Below, one piece after another: positions 56,477 through 64,000 of a stretch of DNA of 64,000 nucleotides. Numbering within the stretch: position 1 is the first letter of the stretch; every line of letters begins with the position of its first letter. Under the pieces are notes generated by a model, which was given only the letters and a program-made list of their open reading frames with translations, did no database searches and was not told the origin of the DNA. The stretch is taken from contig JAUIJZ010000008.1 in the NCBI GenBank assembly GCA_030430715.1, forward strand, positions 1,450 through 65,449. Direction: 5' to 3'. This DNA is from Alphaproteobacteria bacterium. GTDB taxonomy: Bacteria; Pseudomonadota; Alphaproteobacteria; Caulobacterales; Aquidulcibacteraceae. The position numbers were made by a program, and so were the translations under genes.

Positions 56477-58075
56477 TTATTCTGGAAGCCCGCGCGCGTA
56501 GCGGGCGTCCAAAGGCGTGTACAAAGCTGCTTCGCCGCCGGCCAGGCGATCGAGTTCAGGGGTTGGCTGACCGTAACGGCGCCGGCACAAGGCCATGTGC
56601 GAAAGCGAGCGCTCGGCGTAATCCCGGCTTTCCGCGCGCGGCATGGTTTCAAGCAACATGAGCGGATCGATGTCGGCGGGCTGCGTCGCAAGCCAACGCG
56701 AAAGCCAGCCCGGTCCACCATTATAGGCGGCGAAGACGCGGCCAAGATCGCCATTTTCGTGAAACTCGCGGATCAGCCATTGTAGATAGGATTGACCGAG
56801 GCGCATGTTCAGGCCCGGCTCAAATAGCGCCGAGGGATTGCGCCGATAATTCGTTGACCGATCCATGTCGCGCGCTGTGGATGGCAGCAGCTGCATGAGT
56901 CCGCGTGCGTTGGAAACACTGACTGCTTTCGGATTGAAATAGCTCTCCTGCCGAACGATGGCGTAAATCATCGCGCGGTCGAGCGAAAATCCGTCATCGG
57001 GTTCGAACGACGTGGCGGGGCAGAAGCCCGCGGCTTCGTTGGGCCCGCCATATTCAGCGGCGCGCAACTGTGCCGCGGGCGCGCGCAGCGCGATTGCGAG
57101 CGCGAGGAATATGGGATCGTCGGAGGGAAGAAGATCGCCGTGGAGACGGCGCAATTCTTGCTCCGTTTCGGAGAGACGGCCCAGCTGCGCCAGCGCCGCT
57201 GCGCGCAGCGCGCCAGGGTGGCGTTCGACGAAACTGGCAAGTTGCGCGTCCTGGATTTGCGGCGGCGTGTAAGAGAGCGCGCTGTCGCGGCCGAGCTGTG
57301 CTTCGGCAAGTTGGCCGTAAAATGTCCATGGCCGGGCGGCGGCTTGTTCAAGATGTTGTACGACCCCGTGCGTTTCGCCGGCTGCGAGACGGGCGCGCGC
57401 GGCCCAATAATGCGCCGCCGCCCGCGCCCAGCCGCCATGATGAGGCCAAGTTGTGGAAGCTTCGAACTGCCGCACGGCTTCAGCGTAATCATGTGTGCGG
57501 TAGGCGACGAGCCCCAACTGGAATTGGACCTGCCCAGAGCGTGGACCGTCCAATTGCGCGTAGGCAAGTGAGCGTGCGCCTGCGTCATCGCCTGCGCCGA
57601 TGCGTTCCGCGATGCGCTCAATGGCGACTCGCGCCGATGAGCTGTCGCCCACGACCGGCGGCGGCGTGCCAGGCAATTGCCTCGAACCGCCCGATTGCGG
57701 CGATGGCGCGCGTACGCCGCGGCGCCGGGCGCTGCGCGAACGTGAATCCATAGCGCGCTCGTAAACGGACGATGCGATGCCATAATCGCCGTAGCGGTTC
57801 AGCCAGGATGTGTAATCGCCCCAATCGGCGCGATAGGAGCTGGAGAGCAGCATGCGCCCACGCACAACTCCAACCAATACATCGTCCTCAACGCTGCCAA
57901 GCGCAGTATTGGCTGTGCGCCAATTGCCGGATTCAATCGCCTCAAAGGCCTCACGATAGGCGGCCTCGTCATGGGAAGTGAGCGCCACCACCCGGCTTTG
58001 CGCGGTGGCCGGTGTGGTAAAGCCGACCGCGCCCGCAAGGACGCTAAGGGCGGCGAAGGCGGTGCGGATCGTCAT
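56477..58075 (-). CDS. Lytic transglycosylase (SLT domain)
   Basis: IVRQES, ARGLMQL, AAYNGG motifs; signal peptide from MTIRTAF. Confidence 0.9.
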   Translation of the reverse strand: MTIRTAFAALSVLAGAVGFTTPATAQSRVVALTSHDEAAYREAFEAIESGNWRTANTALGSVEDDVLVGVVRGRMLLSSSYRADWGDYTSWLNRYGDYGIASSVYERAMDSRSRSARRRGVRAPSPQSGGSRQLPGTPPPVVGDSSSARVAIERIAERIGAGDDAGARSLAYAQLDGPRSGQVQFQLGLVAYRTHDYAEAVRQFEASTTWPHHGGWARAAAHYWAARARLAAGETHGVVQHLEQAAARPWTFYGQLAEAQLGRDSALSYTPPQIQDAQLASFVERHPGALRAAALAQLGRLSETEQELRRLHGDLLPSDDPIFLALAIALRAPAAQLRAAEYGGPNEAAGFCPATSFEPDDGFSLDRAMIYAIVRQESYFNPKAVSVSNARGLMQLLPSTARDMDRSTNYRRNPSALFEPGLNMRLGQSYLQWLIREFHENGDLGRVFAAYNGGPGWLSRWLATQPADIDPLMLLETMPRAESRDYAERSLSHMALCRRRYGQPTPELDRLAGGEAALYTPLDARYARGLPE

Positions 58076-58098
58076 CGGGGCCCGTCCGGGGTCTGTCT

Positions 58099-58908
58099 CT
58101 ATGAATGGGGCGCTCGCTCGACCCCCAGCTCGTCGAGCCAAGTTTCGGCCAGCAATAGATCGTTCCAAGCCAGACGCTTCTGCTGCGGCTGGCGAAGCAA
58201 ATATGCCGGATGAAGCATCACCATCGCGTTGACGGGCAGTGGAAACTCATCCCGGCTGTATTGCAGCTTACGGCCTCGCAGCTTCAGCACGCCGTCGACC
58301 CGTTTGAGCATCGTGTGTGCAGCCGATTTGCCCGCTAGAATCAGTAATTTGGGTTGAACAATCTCAACGAGGCGCTCCGCGAATGGCAGACAGGCTGCGA
58401 TTTCGCCCTGGGTCGGATCGCGATTGCCTGGCGGGCGCCAATAAATAGTATTTGAAATCAATAAATTGGACCGTCGGTTGAGTCCGATTTGTTCGAGCAT
58501 CCGATCGAGTAGCTGCCCTGAGCGGCCGACAAATGGTTTGCCGGCTTGGTCCTCGTCCTTACCTGGCGCTTCGCCAATCAGCAGCACCGGGGCGTTCTCG
58601 ACGCCATCGACGAATACGGTATTCCGGGCTGTTCGTTTGAGTGCGCAACCTTCGAAGTTTTCAAGCGCGGCGCGGAGCTCCGCAACCGAATTCGCCGCCT
58701 GCGCCGCCGATCGCGCTGCCTCTAAAGAAGTGTCTGCCCGGGGCCGCAACGGACGCGGGGCAGAGGCCCGTTTGGGCCGGGCTACGGTTTCAACTGGCTG
58801 GGACGGCGCCGCCGCGTAAACCGCTTCGGCCATGTCCATGTCGACGCCTGCGGCGCGCCAAAATGCTAAAAGCGCCCGCGCAGCACTCTGCCCGGCATTG
58901 GTTTCCAT
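58099..58908 (-). CDS. Uracil-DNA glycosylase family 4
   Basis: IGEAPG..ED..G.PFVGRSG, WRPPGNR.P, HPAYLLR. Confidence 0.93.
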   Translation of the reverse strand: METNAGQSAARALLAFWRAAGVDMDMAEAVYAAAPSQPVETVARPKRASAPRPLRPRADTSLEAARSAAQAANSVAELRAALENFEGCALKRTARNTVFVDGVENAPVLLIGEAPGKDEDQAGKPFVGRSGQLLDRMLEQIGLNRRSNLLISNTIYWRPPGNRDPTQGEIAACLPFAERLVEIVQPKLLILAGKSAAHTMLKRVDGVLKLRGRKLQYSRDEFPLPVNAMVMLHPAYLLRQPQQKRLAWNDLLLAETWLDELGVERAPHS

Positions 58909-59015
58909 AGACTCCTTTTTGCAGAGAATCGCTCAAATCGCCACATGAGGCTGGCGTGCCTTGCACAGCCCGGAGCTTACTTCGATAAGCGCTTGATGAA
59001 GCGGAAAGGATCGTA

Positions 59016-60686
59016 ATGTCGGACGAAGCGCGCGACGCGATGGAATACGATGTCGTGATTGTCGGCGCGGGACCGGCCGGATTGTCGGCTGCCATCCGGC
59101 TAAAGCAGTTGGCGGCAGAAGCCGGGACGGAGATCAACGTCGCGGTTCTGGAGAAGGGCGCCGAGGTTGGCGCGCACGTCCTCTCCGGTGCCGTGATTGA
59201 TCCCTGCGCCCTGAACGAGCTTATTCCGGATTGGAAGGAAAAGGGCGCGCCGCTCGATACGCCGGTGACGACAGACGAGTTCAAGATTCTCGGCCCCGGC
59301 GGTGCGGCAGCTCTGCCGACGTTTCTCATGCCGCCTCTGTTCAATAATCACGGCAATTACATTGCATCACTCTCCAACGTATCGAAGTGGTTGGCGCAGG
59401 AGGCGGAAGCGCTTGGCGTCGAGATTTATCCAGGCATGGCGGCGTCCGACCCTGTGTTCGACGATACGGGTGCGCTCAAGGGCGTCGTTGCTGGCGTGTT
59501 CGGCATAGCCAAGGACGGGCACAAGAAAGACGATTATCAGCGGGGCATGGAGCTGCACGCCAAATACACGCTCATCGCCGAGGGCGTGCGCGGTTCATTG
59601 GCGAAGCTGCTTCAAGATAAATTCGATCTTTGCACGAATAGCGATCCGCAGAAATTCGGCATCGGCATCAAGGAATTGTGGGAAGTGCCGGCTGAGAAGC
59701 ACCAGCCTGGCATGGTTCTGCACACTGTGGGCTGGCCGCTCGATGACAATACCGGCGGCGGCTCCTTCATGTACCATTGGGGCGAGCGCTTCGTTTCAGT
59801 GGGATATGTGATCCACCTCAATTATAAGAATCCGTACATCTCGACTTTTGACACTTTCCAGCAACATAAGCTGCACCCGGAAATTTCACAGCATCTGGAA
59901 GGCGGCAAGCGAATAGCCTATGGCGCGCGCGCCATAACAGAGGGCGGTTTCCAATCCGTGCCGCAGCTTTCGTTTGCGGGCGGGGCGCTGATTGGTTGCT
60001 CGGCTGGATTCGTGAACGTGCCGCGCATCAAGGGCAGCCATAATGCGATGAAAACCGGCATGATGGCCGCGGAAGCCGCCTTCGATGCAATCGCCGATGG
60101 CCGGCAGCGCGATCGGCTGGAAAGTTATGACGCGGCCTATCGTGAAAGCAGCGTCTACAAGGATCTCTACCGCGTTCGGAACGCCAAGCCGCTGCTCAGC
60201 AAGCTAGGCACGTTCTGGGGTGGCGTGGTCGGCATGGCGGATATGTGGACCACGACGCTGCTGGGCGGATTTTCATTCCTTGGCACACTCAAGCACGGCA
60301 AGCCGGACTATGCCGCACTGGAGCCGGCGTCCAAGCATAAGCCGATTGCTTACCCCAAGCCTGACGGCGTTCTGACCTTTGACAAACTCTCGTCAGTATA
60401 TCTGGCCAATACCAATCATGAGGAAGATCAGCCGGCGCACTTGCATCTGCTCGATCCCAGCGTGCCAATCCGGGTCAACCTCCCTGAATACGCCGAGCCG
60501 GCGACACGATATTGCCCTGCTGGCGTGTACGAAGTGCTCTATGATGAGAGCGGCGCCAATCCACGTTTCCAGATCAATGCGCAAAACTGCGTTCACTGTA
60601 AAACGTGCGATATCAAGGACCCGAGCCAGAATATAAATTGGGTGACGCCGGAGGGCGGAGGCGGCCCCAATTACGCCAATCTGTAG
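59016..60686 (+). CDS. Electron transfer flavoprotein-ubiquinone oxidoreductase
   Basis: GAGPAGL, NVPRIKGSH.AMK.G, RYCPAGVYE, NCVHCKTCDIKDP. Confidence 0.97.
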   Translation: MSDEARDAMEYDVVIVGAGPAGLSAAIRLKQLAAEAGTEINVAVLEKGAEVGAHVLSGAVIDPCALNELIPDWKEKGAPLDTPVTTDEFKILGPGGAAALPTFLMPPLFNNHGNYIASLSNVSKWLAQEAEALGVEIYPGMAASDPVFDDTGALKGVVAGVFGIAKDGHKKDDYQRGMELHAKYTLIAEGVRGSLAKLLQDKFDLCTNSDPQKFGIGIKELWEVPAEKHQPGMVLHTVGWPLDDNTGGGSFMYHWGERFVSVGYVIHLNYKNPYISTFDTFQQHKLHPEISQHLEGGKRIAYGARAITEGGFQSVPQLSFAGGALIGCSAGFVNVPRIKGSHNAMKTGMMAAEAAFDAIADGRQRDRLESYDAAYRESSVYKDLYRVRNAKPLLSKLGTFWGGVVGMADMWTTTLLGGFSFLGTLKHGKPDYAALEPASKHKPIAYPKPDGVLTFDKLSSVYLANTNHEEDQPAHLHLLDPSVPIRVNLPEYAEPATRYCPAGVYEVLYDESGANPRFQINAQNCVHCKTCDIKDPSQNINWVTPEGGGGPNYANL

Positions 60687-60723
60687 AGCGGCGTTTCGGA
60701 GACGATAGACAAGGGTGGTGAAA

Positions 60724-62652
60724 ATGCGTTGGGCGCGGATGTTTGCGAGCCTCGCGGCTGGGATCGGTCTCGCGACGACCGCGATGGCGCAGGAGAAGCC
60801 CGAGGAAACGGCGGGCGCGGCGGATGTAGCCTCCGCTCCGGCGCTTTCGACGATTGAAACATCGGCGGTTCTGCGCAGCACCACGCCGCCGGATGCCGCA
60901 TCCGATCGCACGTACGACGATTCCGAAGCAGCGCTGCTGCAGGCCGACATCGACTACATCGTGCGCGCCGGCCGCGTCGCTTTGGAAGATGGCGAAAATG
61001 ACGCGCTCTGGAATTTTGCGGTGTTCGCGGACGAGATGGCTGCTGGCCGGCACGAGGCGGCTCGCGAAATCCTTGAGAATGGCCCTGGCGGTCTACAGGG
61101 CACGCTCGCGGATATGCTCGAGCCGTTCTTGCTCGCTGCCGAAGGACGCCCGGACAGGGGTGTCGAGCGCGTCGATGCGGGGCGCGATAATCTTCCAGCG
61201 CCATTGCCGGAAGTGCAGCGCGCACTCGTATTCGAGTCCGCGGGCCGCATGGAGGAGGCTGCCGCGGTCTATGCGCAGATGGCGGAGCGGCTCGATCTCA
61301 CCCCGCCAGGCGATGGCGAGCCGACGACGACGGAGGAATTTGAGCGCTCACTCGCTGCTGCGCGGACAACGCATGCAATTTATCGCGCTGCGTTAGCACA
61401 TCATCGTCTCGGGCGCAGCGAGGATGCGCGCCGCTATTACGGCATAGTCAGCGCTTTTGCGCCGCGTTCAGTCGATGTGCAACGCAACCTCGAGCGTCTC
61501 GATGCGGGGCAGCCGCCTGTAGAATCTGCTCTGACGCCGATCGCCGCGTTAGGCCGTTGGATGTTGTTTCTGTCGGAATTTCTAACGCAGACCGAAAGCC
61601 TTAGTCGTTTGCTTGCCTCTCAGGATCCCAGCGCCGGGCTGGACTCTGTGAATGGCAATGCGCTGCTGCAAATGGGCGTGTTGCTTTCGGGGGACGCGGA
61701 CGATTGGCGCCTTCACGCCGCCTCGTCTCTGGTTGCCGCCGGCGGCCTTGAGGGCGCGCAACGTGTCATAGAACTCATGCCCGCGGACAGCGTGTTCTCA
61801 GCCGACGCCGAACTTATACGCGCGGGCATTTTGCTTGAGCGCTCCGATGATGCCGCAGCTGTCGCCGCCGCCGACCGCGTTATTTCAAGTGCGGGTGACC
61901 GGTGGTCGTTGGTGGCGTCCGCCGGAGACGTCTATCGCCGTGCTGGCCGCGCCGAGCAGGCGGTGGCTGCGCTCACGCGTGCGCTCGATATGGTGCAGGC
62001 TCCTGCCGACCGCGCCGATATTCTCGGCTGGCGCGCCTATGCGCATCGCTATTCGGGCAACATCCGCGCAGCCAGCGCGGACATTCGACAGGCTTTCGAC
62101 ATCGATCAGAGTGTCGATACGCGGCTGCTTTATGTGTCGATCCTAATGGATGATCCGAATGGTTGGTCGGATGGGATTCGAGTTGCGCGCAACCTGTTCG
62201 CCGAGCAGCCCGATTCAGTGATGCGCCTTAACGCGCTCGGCTACGCCCTAATCCAGCGCCCGGAAGGGTTGGAGGAAGGCTATCGTCTGCTCTGGCGCGG
62301 CTATGCGTTCGGCCAGCAGGATTATGCCGTGGTCGATAGCCTTGGCTGGGCTTACTATCTGCACGGATATTTCGAAGATGCGCTCACGCTGATCAGCCGC
62401 GCCAATGAGCTCTCGGTCAGCGATCCCAATGGCGAAATCCTTGATCATTTGGGAGACGTCTATTGGCGGCTGGGACGCCGCGAAGAAGCGCGTGAGGCTT
62501 GGCGTGAAGCCTTGGAAACGCGGCCCGATGCTATTCGGCGCGCTTCGCTTGAGCGCAAGCTGCGTAGTGGGTTGACGGAAGCGGCGCCACGCCGTCGCGA
62601 TCTGCCACGCGTAACTTTGCCGGAAGGGCCAAGCCAACGGGAAGAGCTGTGA
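60724..62652 (+). CDS. Exported TPR-repeat protein (paralog 1)
   Basis: Signal peptide; LNALGY, DSLGWAYY, EI.DHLGDVYW..GRR.EA...W. Confidence 0.85.
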   Translation: MRWARMFASLAAGIGLATTAMAQEKPEETAGAADVASAPALSTIETSAVLRSTTPPDAASDRTYDDSEAALLQADIDYIVRAGRVALEDGENDALWNFAVFADEMAAGRHEAAREILENGPGGLQGTLADMLEPFLLAAEGRPDRGVERVDAGRDNLPAPLPEVQRALVFESAGRMEEAAAVYAQMAERLDLTPPGDGEPTTTEEFERSLAAARTTHAIYRAALAHHRLGRSEDARRYYGIVSAFAPRSVDVQRNLERLDAGQPPVESALTPIAALGRWMLFLSEFLTQTESLSRLLASQDPSAGLDSVNGNALLQMGVLLSGDADDWRLHAASSLVAAGGLEGAQRVIELMPADSVFSADAELIRAGILLERSDDAAAVAAADRVISSAGDRWSLVASAGDVYRRAGRAEQAVAALTRALDMVQAPADRADILGWRAYAHRYSGNIRAASADIRQAFDIDQSVDTRLLYVSILMDDPNGWSDGIRVARNLFAEQPDSVMRLNALGYALIQRPEGLEEGYRLLWRGYAFGQQDYAVVDSLGWAYYLHGYFEDALTLISRANELSVSDPNGEILDHLGDVYWRLGRREEAREAWREALETRPDAIRRASLERKLRSGLTEAAPRRRDLPRVTLPEGPSQREEL

Positions 62653-64000
62653 GCGTGCGCGCGGCCGCGGGAGCGGCGCTCCTCGCCGCTTCGGCGCTCA
62701 CCGCATGCGCATCATCCGGTGCGCCGCCGTCAACGGAACGCTTGGCGCGGACCTATGCCGATTACCTGATCGGACGCACCGCCGATCTACGCGACGATCA
62801 TGCAGCCGCTGCCGATCGCTATTTCGCAGCACTCCAATATGCGCCGGACGACCCTGCGCTGATTTCCGGTGCGCTTGGCGCATCTATGGCGCTGGGCGAT
62901 TTAGATGGCGCGCGCCGCGCCGCGCGTATTGCACCAGATGAGGATGCGCCCGCGCAAGCGCATCTTGTACGCGCTGCCGATGCGCTGCGCGGCTCGAACT
63001 GGCGTGTAGCGAACCGCGAACTTGAACGCGCTGAAGGCGCGGCCGCCGACGAATTGTTGGCGCGTACGATGCAGATTTGGGCCAGCGCCGCTAGTGGCAG
63101 GCTCGACACCGCGCTCATGCATTTGCAGCCATTGCGGGCGATGCGTCCTTATGGCGGGCTGTTCGCGTATCAGCAGGCGATGGCTTTGCATTTATCTGGG
63201 CGGCGCGCCGAGGCGCTTGAAGCTTACCAGATCGGCGCGGAAGGCGGCATGATCTTGCCGACGGGGGTTATTCGTCATGCGCAGCTTTTGCTTGATGAAG
63301 ATCGGCGTTCGGATGCGCTGACTGTGCTGGAGGCCGCTTCCAACCACTCCGTTGATCCAGCTTTAGCGGGCGCGCTTGCGCGCGTGCGGGCGGGCGAGGC
63401 TGCAGCGTCTGATGCACTGACGCCGGCCATGGGGGCTGCGACGGGTGTCTATGGCATGGGCGTGATCTTCCTGCAGGAACGCGATGCCAATGGCGCCCTT
63501 GTGGCGCTCAGCTTGGCGCAATTGCTGGATCCGGACTACGAGCCCGCGCGGATATTGTTTGCGCAGGCTCAATCTGACATGGGGCGCGTCGATGTTGCGC
63601 GGAGCGCGCTTGCGCAGGTTCCAGCGAGTTCGCCCTATTTCAACGGCGCACGCATTATTGATGCGTGGATCCTGCTTGACGCAGGTCATGAACAAGCAGC
63701 CTTGGCCAGCATGCGTGAATTGTCTGAGGGGGGCGATTCTCGCGCCAAGCGCGCCCTAGCCGACATGTATGTACAGCTTGACCGCAATGCCGAGGCTGAG
63801 CCGATCTATTCCGATCTCATCGCTGCCGATGACAACAATTGGCTGCTGCATTTTTCTCGCGGCGCGGCGCGCGAACAGCTCGGGCGCTGGACTGAGGCGG
63901 AAGTAGATCTGCGCCAGGCGCTCGTGCTGGCGCCCGAACAACCGCAAGTCCTGAATTACCTCGGCTATAGCTGGATTGATCGTGGTCAAAACGTCAGGGA
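62649..64000 (+). CDS. TPR-repeat lipoprotein (paralog 2), truncated by the window end
   Basis: Not in the ORF track; GTG overlaps the upstream TGA; MSVRAAAGAALLAASALTAC lipobox; frame checked at start, middle and end and reads VLNYLGYSWIDRG at the edge. Confidence 0.85.
   Translation, partial: MSVRAAAGAALLAASALTACASSGAPPSTERLARTYADYLIGRTADLRDDHAAAADRYFAALQYAPDDPALISGALGASMALGDLDGARRAARIAPDEDAPAQAHLVRAADALRGSNWRVANRELERAEGAAADELLARTMQIWASAASGRLDTALMHLQPLRAMRPYGGLFAYQQAMALHLSGRRAEALEAYQIGAEGGMILPTGVIRHAQLLLDEDRRSDALTVLEAASNHSVDPALAGALARVRAGEAAASDALTPAMGAATGVYGMGVIFLQERDANGALVALSLAQLLDPDYEPARILFAQAQSDMGRVDVARSALAQVPASSPYFNGARIIDAWILLDAGHEQAALASMRELSEGGDSRAKRALADMYVQLDRNAEAEPIYSDLIAADDNNWLLHFSRGAAREQLGRWTEAEVDLRQALVLAPEQPQVLNYLGYSWIDRGQNVR

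Overview
GC-rich alphaproteobacterial chromosome segment; the flagellar gene order and regulatory motifs are Caulobacter-like, so Caulobacterales/Hyphomonadaceae-like is inferred. Three zones: (1) about 1-26.8 kb, an accessory metabolic block with coenzyme F420 biosynthesis genes (cofC divergent from cofE-cofD-fbiC), two luciferase-like oxidoreductases (one resembling mycobacterial Rv2951c), a sulfotransferase/TIM-barrel/DUF1214-like operon, a head-to-head pair of CMD/AhpD-like paralogs, and many acyl-CoA/steroid-type catabolic enzymes, ending at an Nramp-type transporter and tRNA-Lys(CTT); (2) about 27-39 kb, mixed housekeeping and hypothetical genes including several apparently degenerate enzymes; (3) about 39-64 kb, a flagellar cluster (flbT, flaF, flagellin, a degenerate flagellin-like gene, flgI/fliX, dksA, flgFGAH, fliLM, motE-like, a large TPR protein) followed by a lytic transglycosylase, UDG, ETF-QO and two tandem TPR paralogs. 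No CRISPR array, integrase or transposase was seen. All family assignments come from motif recognition by eye, not database searches.
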